The position numbers and the translations under genes were made by a program. A stretch of DNA of 64,000 bases from Candidatus Zipacnadia bacterium. GTDB lineage: Bacteria; Armatimonadota; Zipacnadia; Zipacnadales; UBA5352. The stretch's first letter is position 1; every line of letters starts with the position of its first letter. Positions 17,829 to 27,471 of the stretch are shown here, piece by piece. The stretch is from contig JALGSW010000042.1 of the NCBI GenBank assembly GCA_029821635.1, positions 19,202 through 83,201 on the forward strand, read 5' to 3'. A model generated the notes under the pieces. The model was not told the origin of the DNA. It ran no database searches and was given only the letters and a program-made list of their open reading frames with translations.

Positions 17829-18782
17829 ATGAATGAGACCGGAGACGGGCAATCCACACGGGCTGCCGGATTCGCGGCGGCCCTTTTCAGCGGCGCGGTC
17901 ATGGGCGTCACGTGGCCGCTGCAGAAGTACGTGCTCGCGCAGGGCGTCGTCGGCCCGGCGACGATGCACTGGCTCAACGTGATCGGCCTCGTCGCGATCA
18001 TGGCGCCGATCTTCCTGATCCGCCATAGAGGCCGGCTGCGCTACCCCGGCTTCTCCCCGCGCTGGCTGCTGCTGGTGGGCCTGGTCGCCTGTGTCATGCA
18101 CTTCTGCCGCAAGTGGGGCGTGAACGAGACCTCCTCCACCACCGCTGCGGTGGCCGAGCGCTCCGAGGTCGTCTTCGTCTTCATCCTCTCCTACCTGATC
18201 CTGCACAAGCCTGTGCGGCCGATCGGGTGGCTGGGAACGGTCCTGGTACTCTTCGGGACGATCACCGTGGCGCTCGTGGGCTCGGCGGAGCTGCACTTCC
18301 ACCCGCTGGGGGTCATCGCGCTGGCGATCACCGGCCTGACTGTTGCCGTCAACGCGACCATCATAAAGACGAAGCTCAGCGGCATCCCCAACGAGCTGAT
18401 CATCCTCGGCAGCATGGCGGTGCAACTGGTCGTATTCAGCGCGTGGGTGACCGGCGGTGGGCTGCTGCCCGAAGTGCGGGCGTTGATGGGCGTCCCGATG
18501 CTGGCCGCGCTGGTGGGCATGGGCTCGGTGGTCTGGGGCGGGAATCTGGCGATCTACTACTTCGCGCTCAAGCACGCGCCGATGTGGGCGGTGCGGATGC
18601 TCACGCTCAGCGGCCTGCCGGTGGCGACGCTCGCGGACCTGTGGGTGCTGCACGAGCCGGTGACGACCGGGCACGTCATCGGGCTCGTGGCGGCGATGGT
18701 CGGGGCGGGGCTGGTGATCCTCGCGGAGCGCAACGGCTGGAACGACGACGACGGGCTGGAAGCCCGTCCCACAAACGGCTGA
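17829..18782 (+). CDS. EamA/DMT family transporter (10 TM)
   Basis: Hydrophobic 10-helix pattern with two EamA halves. The last 10 codons (DGLEARPTNG) and the stop are supplied by a REP-like family B element. Confidence 0.8.
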   Translation: MNETGDGQSTRAAGFAAALFSGAVMGVTWPLQKYVLAQGVVGPATMHWLNVIGLVAIMAPIFLIRHRGRLRYPGFSPRWLLLVGLVACVMHFCRKWGVNETSSTTAAVAERSEVVFVFILSYLILHKPVRPIGWLGTVLVLFGTITVALVGSAELHFHPLGVIALAITGLTVAVNATIIKTKLSGIPNELIILGSMAVQLVVFSAWVTGGGLLPEVRALMGVPMLAALVGMGSVVWGGNLAIYYFALKHAPMWAVRMLTLSGLPVATLADLWVLHEPVTTGHVIGLVAAMVGAGLVILAERNGWNDDDGLEARPTNG

Positions 18783-18800
18783 CGGCAAACGGCTGACGGC
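18750..18800. repeat. family B element + (AAACGGCTGACGGCA)x2 tail; forms the 3' end of the EamA gene
   Basis: gacgggctggaagcccgtcccacaaacggctgacggcaaacggctgacggcaagcggc. Confidence 0.85.
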
Positions 18801-18823
18801 AAGCGGCGCGGGGTAGAGTTCGG

Positions 18824-19756
18824 ATGCGGATCGATCAGGACCCACGATGGACACGGATGGCGGGCTACATAGCGGCGCTGCTCTCAGGCATCGTCATGGG
18901 TCTGTCGTGGGTGATCTTCAAGCTCGAGCTGAACCTCGAGGAACTCGGCCCAGCCGACGTGAACTGGCTCAACATGATCGGCGTGGCCGCGATCATCTGG
19001 CCCGTCTACCTGATCCGCAACCGTGAGCACCTGTTCCCGCGCGGGCAACCCTACCGCTGGCTGCTGCTCTTCGCGACCCTCGCAGCCGGCATCTTCTACC
19101 TGCGCAACATCGGCGTGGACCTGTGCGGCCCCACCACCGCCGCCATCATCAGCCGCACCGAGACCGGCTTCGTCTTCATCCTCTCCTACCTGATCCTCCA
19201 CCAGGCCGTAAGCGGTCTCGGCTGGATCGGCACCGCCCTGCTGCTGGTCGGCGCGATGCGCACCATCGGCATCGGCTCGGTGGGCCTGACCTTCCCGCTC
19301 GCAGGCGTCGCCGCGCTGGCCGTCGCCGCCGCGCTCATCGCACTCAACGCGGTCATCATCAAGACGCAGTTCAACAAGGTGCCCAACGAGCTGGTCATCC
19401 TCGCCAGCGCGACCGTGCAGACGATCGTTTTCTCGATCGCGGTGCCGGCGTTCGTGGGACTCGACGGCGCGCGCTACGTGCTCGCACACCCGCACGCCAT
19501 GCGGCTCGTGGCGCTCGCGTCGCTGGGGATCGCCGGGAACCTGTTCCTGTACTACTACGCGATGAAGCGCGCGCCGATGTGGGCGGTGCGGGTGCTGGCG
19601 CTGGTAGCGCTTCCCGCGGCCGTCGCGGGCGACTACTTCGTGCTTGGCCAGCCGATCACGACGGACGCCGTGCAGGGGATGGGGCTGGTGATCGCCGGGG
19701 CGCTTATCGTGATCCACGCGGGCCGGCGGCGGAACGGCGACGGCAACGACTCTTAA
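18824..19756 (+). CDS. EamA/DMT family transporter, tandem paralog
   Basis: Clear paralog of the preceding gene (…ISRTETGFVFILSYLILHQ… vs …AERSEVVFVFILSYLILHK…). The stop TAA lies within a family C repeat (TAACAGG). Confidence 0.8.
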   Translation: MRIDQDPRWTRMAGYIAALLSGIVMGLSWVIFKLELNLEELGPADVNWLNMIGVAAIIWPVYLIRNREHLFPRGQPYRWLLLFATLAAGIFYLRNIGVDLCGPTTAAIISRTETGFVFILSYLILHQAVSGLGWIGTALLLVGAMRTIGIGSVGLTFPLAGVAALAVAAALIALNAVIIKTQFNKVPNELVILASATVQTIVFSIAVPAFVGLDGARYVLAHPHAMRLVALASLGIAGNLFLYYYAMKRAPMWAVRVLALVALPAAVAGDYFVLGQPITTDAVQGMGLVIAGALIVIHAGRRRNGDGNDS

Positions 19757-19830
19757 CAGGATTCGGCGCTGCGCGCCGACAGGATCCCGCCCTGCGGGCG
19801 GGAACAGGAAACGGCACAGGATACGGCAAG
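19755..19830. repeat. family C element (overlaps the TAA stop of EamA-2) followed by the palindrome cccgccc-tgc-gggcggg and AACGGCACAGGATACGGCA
   Basis: ttaacaggattcggcgctgcgcgccgacaggatcccgccctgcgggcgggaacaggaaacggcacaggatacggcaagg. Confidence 0.85.
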
Positions 19831-19889
19831 GCAGAACAGGTGAACGGCGACGGCTGGTTCTGCATGGTGCACGGGATGTTGAGATGAGC

Positions 19890-19945
19890 CGTTTCTCCCC
19901 CTCGCCGGAACGGAGAGGGGGTCGGGGGGAGAGGTCAATAGAGGG
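19890..19945. repeat. family E-like element (CTCCCCCTCGCCGGAACGGAGAGGGGGTCGGGGGGAGAGG) just upstream of the aminotransferase RBS
   Basis: Read directly. G-rich arms with an AACGG-containing loop. Confidence 0.6.
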
Positions 19946-19956
19946 AGGCGTCGCTC

Positions 19957-21081
19957 ATGCACACCGACCCCTGGCGCAAGGAGTTCCCGGTCACAGATGA
20001 GCTGATCTACCTCAACCACGCCGCCGTCTGCCCGCTGCCGCGGCGGACGGCCGGCGCCGTCTGCGCGATGGCGAACGAGTACCGCGACCGCGGTTCGTGG
20101 GACTACCCGCATATCCTCGACACGGTCCGGCGCGGGCGAGAACGCCTCGCGAACCTCATCGACGCCAGGCCGCACGAGGTCGCGTACGTGAAGAACACCA
20201 CCTCCGGCCTGATGCTCGCCGCCGAGAGCATCCCCTGGCGCGCGGGCGACAGCGTGGTCGTCGCCGGCATCGAGTTCCCCGCCAACGTCTACCCGTGGTT
20301 GAACCTGCGGCGGCGCGGCGTCGAAGTGCGCATCGTCGAGGCGCGCGAGCGGCTCCTGCACGTGGACGACTACCGGGCGGCGTGTGACGCGAGCACGCGC
20401 GCCATCGCGGTGAGCTGGGTGCAGTACTCGACCGGCCAGCGCATGGACCTACCCGCGCTGGCGGGGATCGCGCGCGAGGTCGGCGCGTACCTGATCGTGG
20501 ACGCGATCCAGGGCCTCGGCGCGCTGCAGGCGGACGTGGGGGAGATGGGCGCGGACGTGCTCTGCGCCGACGGGCACAAGTGGCTGCTGAGCGTCGAGGG
20601 CTGCGCGCCGCTGTTCGTCTCAGACCGCATCATCGGCGACCTCGAGCCCTTCTGGCGCGGCTGGTGCAGTGTGCCCACGCCGATGGACCTCGGCGCGCAC
20701 GATCAGCCGCCGCGCAATGACGCCAGGCGCTTCGAGGAGGGCTCGGCGAACACCATCGGCGCGGCGGCGCTCGACGCGTCCGCCGGGCTGCTGCTTGAGG
20801 TCGGCCCGGCGGAGGTCGAGCGCCGGATCATCGCGCTGACGGACGGGCTGATCGAGGGCCTGCGCGCGGGCGGCTGCACGATCGTGAGCCCGCTCGCGCC
20901 CGAGGAGCGCTCGGGAATCGTGTGCTTCGAGCACCCCACGCGGGATGCCGACGAGGTCGTCGAGCGCCTGACGCACGAGGGGATCGCGGCGGCAAGCCGG
21001 ATGGGGCTCGTGCGCCTGTCACCGCACTTCTACAACGATGAGGGGGAGATTGAGCGCGCGGTGCAGGCTTGCGTATCTTAG
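19957..21081 (+). CDS. class V aminotransferase (cysteine desulfurase / isopenicillin-N epimerase-like PLP enzyme)
   Basis: PLP-lysine context CADGHKWLL and fold-type I pattern. GAGGGAGG RBS. Confidence 0.8.
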   Translation: MHTDPWRKEFPVTDELIYLNHAAVCPLPRRTAGAVCAMANEYRDRGSWDYPHILDTVRRGRERLANLIDARPHEVAYVKNTTSGLMLAAESIPWRAGDSVVVAGIEFPANVYPWLNLRRRGVEVRIVEARERLLHVDDYRAACDASTRAIAVSWVQYSTGQRMDLPALAGIAREVGAYLIVDAIQGLGALQADVGEMGADVLCADGHKWLLSVEGCAPLFVSDRIIGDLEPFWRGWCSVPTPMDLGAHDQPPRNDARRFEEGSANTIGAAALDASAGLLLEVGPAEVERRIIALTDGLIEGLRAGGCTIVSPLAPEERSGIVCFEHPTRDADEVVERLTHEGIAAASRMGLVRLSPHFYNDEGEIERAVQACVS

Positions 21082-21143
21082 TGTCGTAGTCGTACGTAGG
21101 ACAGGCCTGTCAATTCTGTTCGTGAATCGAGTAACCGACAACT

Positions 21144-21207
21144 GACAGGCTGGAAAGCCTGTCCTACAACGACAACGACTGACAGGCTGGAAAGCCCATC
21201 GTGTAGG
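21144..21207. repeat. family A palindromic element (GACAGGCTGGAAAGCCTGTCCTAC), two tandem copies, second degenerate
   Basis: Stem GACAGGC/GCCTGTC with loop TGGAAA. Intergenic between the aminotransferase and isomerase genes. Confidence 0.85.
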
Positions 21208-21287
21208 GAGGGAACCCCGCCGCCGAAGCGAATCCTTCGACGCGACTGTAGCAAACGCCCCGAACGGATTACTGGAGGCTTTGACCC

Positions 21288-22109
21288 ATGGCCGATACGA
21301 AGCTCAAGCTTGGCGTGATGATGCACATCCGCGACGACGCGGAAGCCGCGATCGGGAAGGTCGCTGAGATCGGCGTCCCGTCCGCGCAGCTCGGCTGGCC
21401 GCCCAACATGACCGTCGAGCAGGGCGTCGAGGTCAAGCGCATCGCCGATGACCTCGGCGTCGAGATCACGACGCTCTGGGCCGCACTGCCGGGCATCGCG
21501 ATCTGGAACTTCACCGAGGGCCCGACCACAATCGGCCTCGTGCCAGAGGACTGGCGCGCGCTGCGCGTGCAGGCCCTCGAGCAGGCCGCGCGCTGCGCCG
21601 CGAAGATGGGCGTGGAGTCGATCACCACGCACTGCGGCTTCATCCCCGAGTTCCCCGGCGACCCGCTCTACCAGGGCACCGTCTGCGCGCTCAAGCAGGT
21701 CATGGGCACCTGCGACTCGCTCGGCGTGCAGTTCTGGTTCGAGACCGGGCAGGAGACGCCGATCACGCTGCTGCGCACCATCCAGGACGTCGGCAGCCCG
21801 AACATGGGCATCAACCTCGACCCGGCCAACCTGCTCATGTACGGGAAGGCGAACCCCGTGGACGCGCTCGACACCTTCGGCGAGTGGGTGCGCGGCGTGC
21901 ACGCCAAGGACGGCGACTACCCGACCGACGGCGCCTCCCTCGGCAAGGAGAAGCCGCTGGGCGAGGGCAAGGTGAACTTCCCGGTGCTGGTGCCCAAGCT
22001 CAAGAGCTTCGGCTTCGCGGGCGCGCTGACGATCGAGCGCGAGATCTCCGGCGACAAGCAGGTCGAGGACATCAAGAAGGGGATCGATCTGCTGACGCCG
22101 CTGCTGTAA
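21288..22109 (+). CDS. sugar phosphate isomerase/epimerase (xylose-isomerase-like TIM barrel)
   Basis: 273 aa with typical AP-endonuclease-2/xylose-isomerase-like TIM-barrel motifs (WFETGQE, GINLDPANL, HAKDG). Confidence 0.8.
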   Translation: MADTKLKLGVMMHIRDDAEAAIGKVAEIGVPSAQLGWPPNMTVEQGVEVKRIADDLGVEITTLWAALPGIAIWNFTEGPTTIGLVPEDWRALRVQALEQAARCAAKMGVESITTHCGFIPEFPGDPLYQGTVCALKQVMGTCDSLGVQFWFETGQETPITLLRTIQDVGSPNMGINLDPANLLMYGKANPVDALDTFGEWVRGVHAKDGDYPTDGASLGKEKPLGEGKVNFPVLVPKLKSFGFAGALTIEREISGDKQVEDIKKGIDLLTPLL

Positions 22110-22216
22110 CGGCCGGGAATGGGGAACCGAGAAGGGGGCAACGGCAACGGCTATGGCCGTAGTCGGATGACTTGTGTTGTCAGTGACCCAAAACGACACT
22201 GAGGAGGAGACAGAGG

Positions 22217-22888
22217 ATGGAAGAGCGCTCAATGTCGCTGATCGGCGATCCGGCACCGGCCTTCACGGCCACGACCACACAGGGGGAGATCAACTTCCCC
22301 GACGACTACGAGGGCAAGTGGGTGATCCTGTTCTCACACCCGGCAGACTTCACCCCCGTCTGCACGACCGAGTTCATGACCTTCGCGTCGATGGCTGAGG
22401 ACTTCAAGGCGCGCAACTGCGAGTTGATCGGGTTGTCAATCGACTCGAACTACTCGCACATCGCCTGGGCCCGCAAGATCAGAGAGGACATCGAGTACAA
22501 GGACATGAAGAACGTGGAGATCACGTTCCCGATCATCGCTGACCTGACGATGGAGGTCGCGAACAAGTTCGGGATGATTCAGCCCGGTGCGAGCAGCACC
22601 GAGGCCGTCCGTGCCACGTTCCTGATCGACCCGGAGGGCTTCATCCGGGCGATCCTCTACTACCCGCTGAGCAACGGCCGCAACATGAACGAGATCATGC
22701 GGGTTCTGGTCGCGATGCAGACCTCGGACGAGCACAAGGTGGCCACCCCGGCGAACTGGGAGCCCGGTGACGAGGTGATCATCCCGCCGCCGCACACCGA
22801 CGCCGACGCCGACAAGCGCGTGGCAGGCGCGGGCGAGGACTACCGCTGCCTCGACTGGTTCCTGTGCCTGAAGAAGCTGGACGTGTAA
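22217..22888 (+). CDS. peroxiredoxin (Prx6-like 1-Cys type)
   Basis: FTPVCTTE peroxidatic-Cys motif. Strong GAGGAGGAG RBS. A GC-rich intrinsic-terminator hairpin follows the stop. Confidence 0.85.
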   Translation: MEERSMSLIGDPAPAFTATTTQGEINFPDDYEGKWVILFSHPADFTPVCTTEFMTFASMAEDFKARNCELIGLSIDSNYSHIAWARKIREDIEYKDMKNVEITFPIIADLTMEVANKFGMIQPGASSTEAVRATFLIDPEGFIRAILYYPLSNGRNMNEIMRVLVAMQTSDEHKVATPANWEPGDEVIIPPPHTDADADKRVAGAGEDYRCLDWFLCLKKLDV

Positions 22889-22914
22889 GGCGCACGCATT
22901 GCCTGAAGACCCAA

Positions 22915-22950
22915 CCGGCCCCCGCGGCGACGCGGGGGCCGGTGTCGTGT
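22915..22950 (+). terminator. intrinsic terminator-like hairpin after the peroxiredoxin gene
   Basis: Perfect 12-bp GC stem ccggcccccgcg-GCGA-cgcgggggccgg followed by tgtcgtgtt. Confidence 0.55.
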
Positions 22951-22966
22951 TCGGGGGAGGGACGAC

Positions 22967-22990
22967 TGACAGGCTGGAAAGCCTGTCCTA
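22967..22990. repeat. family A palindromic element
   Basis: gacaggctggaaagcctgtcctacgaacg, between the convergent peroxiredoxin and URO-D genes. Confidence 0.85.
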
Positions 22991-23106
22991 CGAACGACTG
23001 ACGACGACGGCGTCTCACCCTCCCGGAAGGACGCCAACGGCATCTCCGTGGCACGGGCGTCTCGCCCGTGCAGAGCCGTTGCCACGCACAGACAACACCA
23101 CCTCTC

Positions 23107-24246
23107 CTACCGCAGCCTCTTCCACTCGTCGATCATCGCCAGCGTGCTCTCCCACGGCATGATGCTGTGCGAGGAAACGCAGGGCGAGAGGATCAGGCCG
23201 GCTTCCCCGAAGATCTCGAAGGTCTGCCGGACCGCCTCGCGCGTGGGCTCGGGGCCCTTCCAGAGCTGGTAGGTGCTGCTCGGGCCCGTCCAGAAGCTGC
23301 TCACGTCGCTCAGCGCGTCATGCACGCGCTGCGGATCGACGCCGGGGAACGAGAGGTCGATGCCGAAGAACGAGTCGAGCCCCAGCCCGCGCATGTAGTC
23401 GAGGATCGGCATGATGCCGGTGTGCGCGGTGTAGGTCATGAGCATCCCGCCCGCATGCGCCGCGTCGCGCTCGGCGCGCAGCCGGTCGCCGAGGAAGCGC
23501 TCAAGCATCGTCGGCGAGTAGAAGTCCGCGGTCTCGTAGAAGCCGTTGCGACGGATCATGTCCACGCCGCGGCCCGCGAGCGCCTTGAGTATGCGCATGT
23601 TCAGCCCATGCTCGAACTCCAGGTAGGCGTCGACGAGCTCGGGGTTCTCGATGGTCATCATGCACAGCTCGGTCGCGCTGAAGAGGTGCTGGGCGCCCGT
23701 CATGCCCGTGCCGCAGTGGGCCAGCGTCGCGAGGTCCCACCGGCCCGCAAGCTCCTGCGCGGAGGCGACGGCGCTCTCCGCCCGAGCCTCGATCGTGGCG
23801 TCATCGGCGGGCGCGAGCACGAGCTTGAGGGCCTCAAGGTCCTGCTCGGTCTCGATCCACGGCTCAACGTAGTGGCCGATGTTGAAGTCGCTGTAGAACG
23901 GGATATTCTCGCCGAACGGCCACTTCTCGTCATACCTGATCGCGGCGTGCAGGACGCCCGCGGGGGTGTGATAGCTCTTGTGGAGCACGGCGCCCTCAAC
24001 CCGGATCTCGGGCTCGAACGGCTCGGGGATGCTCGCGTTGACGCCCACGGGGACGACCTGGTCGAGCCCCAGCTCCTCGACCTGGTAGCGGATCTGTTCG
24101 TCGCGCGGCGCGTCGGCCGCCCACGGGAACTGCCACTCGCGGCCTCGGCGCTGCGCCGCGCTCAGTGGATTGAACGCCACGCAGCATGGGACGTAGTCAA
24201 CAGGCTCGCGTCTGATGGCAGCAACCATGCGTTCTCGCGATGTCAT
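23107..24246 (-). CDS. uroporphyrinogen decarboxylase (URO-D) family protein, MtaA/CmuA-like fold
   Basis: C-terminal 379 codons of the long track ORF 23107..26817. Begins MTSRERMVAAIRREPVDYVPCC. GGGAGAGAGA RBS upstream of ATG 24244-24246. The rest of that ORF is antisense to the heparinase-like gene. Confidence 0.75.
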   Translation of the reverse strand: MTSRERMVAAIRREPVDYVPCCVAFNPLSAAQRRGREWQFPWAADAPRDEQIRYQVEELGLDQVVPVGVNASIPEPFEPEIRVEGAVLHKSYHTPAGVLHAAIRYDEKWPFGENIPFYSDFNIGHYVEPWIETEQDLEALKLVLAPADDATIEARAESAVASAQELAGRWDLATLAHCGTGMTGAQHLFSATELCMMTIENPELVDAYLEFEHGLNMRILKALAGRGVDMIRRNGFYETADFYSPTMLERFLGDRLRAERDAAHAGGMLMTYTAHTGIMPILDYMRGLGLDSFFGIDLSFPGVDPQRVHDALSDVSSFWTGPSSTYQLWKGPEPTREAVRQTFEIFGEAGLILSPCVSSHSIMPWESTLAMIDEWKRLR

Positions 24247-24390
24247 TGCGTCTCTCTCCCTGGATTTCTCGCTTTCCCCGCCGACACATAGCGGTTCCCC
24301 TCGGCAGCCACAGTATCCTGCCGGAAGGCCGTGCCGCCCGCCGCGCGGAACCCCCATAGGCGCGCACACGGCACAATCGGGTGGTTGAGC

Positions 24391-27201
24391 ATGCTTTCGC
24401 GACTGGCTCTCGTGGTAATCGTCGTCACCGAACTGATCGCATCGGCGGCCTTCGCCGATCCGGCGGCCGCCGGCCCGCTGCCCAGCAGCGAGATCGAGCA
24501 CCCGGCGGTGATGCACATGGTGAGCGACCGCCGCCTCGACGTGGACGATGCCCGCACCGCCGAGCTGGTGCGGCAGGCGATGGCTTTGAGCGACGAGCAG
24601 ATCGCGCAGATGATTCTCCCCGAGCACGGTCTGATCGACGACCTGGTGTGCCCGACCTGCGGCTCGCAGAAGGTCAACTTCTCGCTGGACCATCCGGACG
24701 AACTCGACTGTCCGGAGTGTGGGGCCGTCATCACCGCCGAGACGCTGCCGACCGACTTCGAGACGAGCGGCCCGAATCTGCTGGGTGAGACGGTCACCTA
24801 CACGCTGAGCACCGTGCGGCCCGGGCCGGTGGGCATCGCGGCGACGATCCGCTTCCGCCGGCACTTCGAGATGGCCGCGGCGGCGCGGGCGCTGGGTGAG
24901 GCCTACCACGAGAGCGGCGATGAGGCGCTGGCGCGGCGGTCGGTGCAGATCATGGCGCGCTTCGTGGAAGTCTACCCGCACTGGCCGGTCTTCCAGCGCG
25001 GCGGCAAGCCGTACTGGCGGGTCTGGACGATCGGCCCGCCGCGCCCGTACAGCGACTGGCTCTACGGCCGCTGGTCCGACCTGTTCATGTATGAGATCCC
25101 GCAGGACCTCGTGTTCGCGTATGACCTGATCTACGAGGCGACCGCGTGGGAGGAGCTGGCGCAGGAGGGCGAGGACCTGCGGCGGGAGATCGAGGAGACG
25201 CTGTTTCGCCCGGCGCTTGAGTTCGCGCTGACGGCCCACGCCGACTGTGGCGGGCGCATCTACAACCTCAACCCGACGCTCTACCAGCGGATGATCCACC
25301 TCGGCCGCGTGCTCAACGACCCCGACATGGTGCACCAGGCAGTGCGCTTCATGCAGGAAATGATCCGCATGTCCTACCACTTCGACGGGATGGAGTACGA
25401 GGGCACGCTGACCTACCACGGGGTGGTGACGTGGCGGCTGGCGATCGCGATGCGGATGCTGTCGGGCTATCAGGACCCGGTGGGCTACGTGGACGAGCGC
25501 TTCGGCATTGTGCTGGGCGGCGGGGAGGAGCCGCTGAACATGCCGATCTACCGCCGGGCCGGGCAGGTCACGGGCATGATGACCTTCCCGGACGGCAATC
25601 GCGTCTGCGTGCATGATACGAGCTGGGGCGCGGGCCGAGCAGAGACGCCGCCGGAGGTGGAGCCGGCGAACATCGAGCTGAACGCCTACGGGCACTATGC
25701 CGTAGGGGGAGGGCGCGGCGCGGACGGGATGCAGGCGCACCTGCACTTCTGCCCGCGCATCAAGGGTGGGCACTTCCACTGGGATCGCCTCGGGCTGATC
25801 CTGTGGGGTGCGGGGGAGGAGCTGCTGCCCGACACCGGCTACGTGAACATGGGCAAGCCGCACCGCTACTTCATCAACCGCCAGCTCGCGCACAATAGCG
25901 TGGAGGTGTTCTTCGACACCCCACTCGAGGAGCCGGAGATCGTGCCGCCCGCCGAGGCGCCGACCGACCCGGTCGGGCGCTTCAGGGCGCTGGCGGAGGC
26001 TGAGAGGCCGGTGGTCTACGCGCGCTCGCAGCTCATCGCGTATGATCCCGGCACGGTCTCGGACGGCCGCGTGCAACTCATCGCGGCAACCTCGCCGGGC
26101 CCCGAGTGGATGGGCATGCAGCGGCAGGAGCGGCACCTGCTGATGGTGCGCGTGGATGAGCGGCGCAGCTACCTCGTGGACGTCTTCCGCGTGGCGGGCG
26201 GCGACCGCCATCGCTTCACCCTCCGCGCCAGCGCCGATGAGGACGTGGCGACGGAGTGCGCGCTGCCGATGGAGCCGGTGCCGGGCACGCTCGCGGGGCC
26301 GGATGTCCCCTACGGACAGGTGACGAAGGGCACCGAGCCCTATTCGTGGCTGGTGCACGACATGCGCCGCGCGCAGACCGCCGAGCCGTGGGAGCTGACC
26401 TGGACGGGCGCGGACAGCGGCGCGTCGCTGCGCGCGTTCTTCGCCCCGCAGCAGGGCGCGGAGGTGACGCTCGGGATGTCGCCGACGCTGCGCCGGGCGA
26501 TGCAGGACGCGCGCAGGGCCGACGACTACCAGGGTCCGCACCTGCTGGTCGAGCATGACGGGCCGGAGAGCCTGTTCGCGGCGGTCTACGACTGCTGGCC
26601 GGAGGGCTCCGCGCCCGCGGTGCAGTCGGTGGCGTGGGAGACGCTCGGCGAGGGCTCGGACGCGGCGCTCGCGCTGCGGGTGACGCTTAACGGTCGCGAG
26701 GACGTGGTCTACTGCAGCCTCGATCGCGAGGAGCGCGAGGTTGCGGGCGTGCGCTTCGCAGGACCGTGGGCGGTTGCGTCGCTGCGCGAGGGCAGGCCGC
26801 AGTGGGCGTGGGCGCATGACGGCTCGGTCGCGTGGCGCACGCGCGCGGAGGGCATCAGCGTCAGCGCGCCGGAGCGCATCGAGCTGCCGCTGGTGGCCAC
26901 GCGGCGCACGGAGGATGGTGCGGCAGCGGACGCGCTGGTGGTGGCGGGCGCGATTCCCGACGCAGAGGGCCTCGTGGGCCAGTGGGTGCGCGCGCTGCTC
27001 GGCGACGACCCGGCCTACGGCTACGGCGTGGCGGCGGTGCGCACCGAGGGCGGGCGGACGGTGCTGGAGCTCACGGGCGGCCCGGGGCTGAGCGTGGTGG
27101 ACGACCGCTGGGAGCTGCTCTTCAACCCGTTCTTCCGGGGAGACGGTCCGTGCCGGGTGGAGATCAGCCGCAGCGCGTTTGGCGAGGCGGACGGCCTGTA
27201 A
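24391..27201 (+). CDS. secreted heparinase II/III-like (alginate-lyase superfamily) polysaccharide lyase family protein
   Basis: ORF 24331..27201 trimmed to MLSRLALVVIVV… (signal peptide). Alpha/alpha-toroid N-terminal half and beta-sandwich C-terminal half. The stop TAA is embedded in a family C repeat. Confidence 0.65.
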   Translation: MLSRLALVVIVVTELIASAAFADPAAAGPLPSSEIEHPAVMHMVSDRRLDVDDARTAELVRQAMALSDEQIAQMILPEHGLIDDLVCPTCGSQKVNFSLDHPDELDCPECGAVITAETLPTDFETSGPNLLGETVTYTLSTVRPGPVGIAATIRFRRHFEMAAAARALGEAYHESGDEALARRSVQIMARFVEVYPHWPVFQRGGKPYWRVWTIGPPRPYSDWLYGRWSDLFMYEIPQDLVFAYDLIYEATAWEELAQEGEDLRREIEETLFRPALEFALTAHADCGGRIYNLNPTLYQRMIHLGRVLNDPDMVHQAVRFMQEMIRMSYHFDGMEYEGTLTYHGVVTWRLAIAMRMLSGYQDPVGYVDERFGIVLGGGEEPLNMPIYRRAGQVTGMMTFPDGNRVCVHDTSWGAGRAETPPEVEPANIELNAYGHYAVGGGRGADGMQAHLHFCPRIKGGHFHWDRLGLILWGAGEELLPDTGYVNMGKPHRYFINRQLAHNSVEVFFDTPLEEPEIVPPAEAPTDPVGRFRALAEAERPVVYARSQLIAYDPGTVSDGRVQLIAATSPGPEWMGMQRQERHLLMVRVDERRSYLVDVFRVAGGDRHRFTLRASADEDVATECALPMEPVPGTLAGPDVPYGQVTKGTEPYSWLVHDMRRAQTAEPWELTWTGADSGASLRAFFAPQQGAEVTLGMSPTLRRAMQDARRADDYQGPHLLVEHDGPESLFAAVYDCWPEGSAPAVQSVAWETLGEGSDAALALRVTLNGREDVVYCSLDREEREVAGVRFAGPWAVASLREGRPQWAWAHDGSVAWRTRAEGISVSAPERIELPLVATRRTEDGAAADALVVAGAIPDAEGLVGQWVRALLGDDPAYGYGVAAVRTEGGRTVLELTGGPGLSVVDDRWELLFNPFFRGDGPCRVEISRSAFGEADGL

Positions 27202-27262
27202 CAGGATTCGGCGCTGCGCGCCGACAGGATGGCGCTTCGCACCAACAGGAACGGCAAACAGC
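27200..27262. repeat. family C element (contains the TAA stop of the heparinase-like gene) plus a truncated second copy
   Basis: gtaacaggattcggcgctgcgcgccgacaggatggcgcttcgcaccaacaggaacggcaaacagcgg. Confidence 0.85.
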
Positions 27263-27471
27263 GGGGGTTACAGGATGAAAAGGACCAACGGAGAGGTCGT
27301 TGGAGAGGCCGACCGCCGGCAGACGCATCGCGTCTGGCGGCGTGTGCCGCCAGCCGTCCGCGCCCCGACCCGCTCCATCCTTGCCGTTCGTGGAGCAGGC
27401 ATCCCTGCCTGCTGCCGTTGCGAACCGCCGCGTTGACGCACCTCGTCATTTCATCCGGAGGCGGGGGGGAC

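Noticed and set aside
24247-24390. Possible cobalamin riboswitch fragments (GCCACAG…CCGGAAGGC) upstream of 24391 and adjacent to the MtaA-like gene
   Set aside because: Only a partial resemblance to the GCCACTG/GGGAAGGC region is present. The upstream conserved B12-element motifs are not evident and the available 5' UTR is too short for a full aptamer. It would need a covariance-model search.
23107-26817. 1236-aa minus-strand ORF
   Set aside because: Only its C-terminal 379 codons (23107-24246, URO-D family, with its own RBS and ATG) are credible. The remainder is antisense to the well-supported heparinase II/III-like gene.
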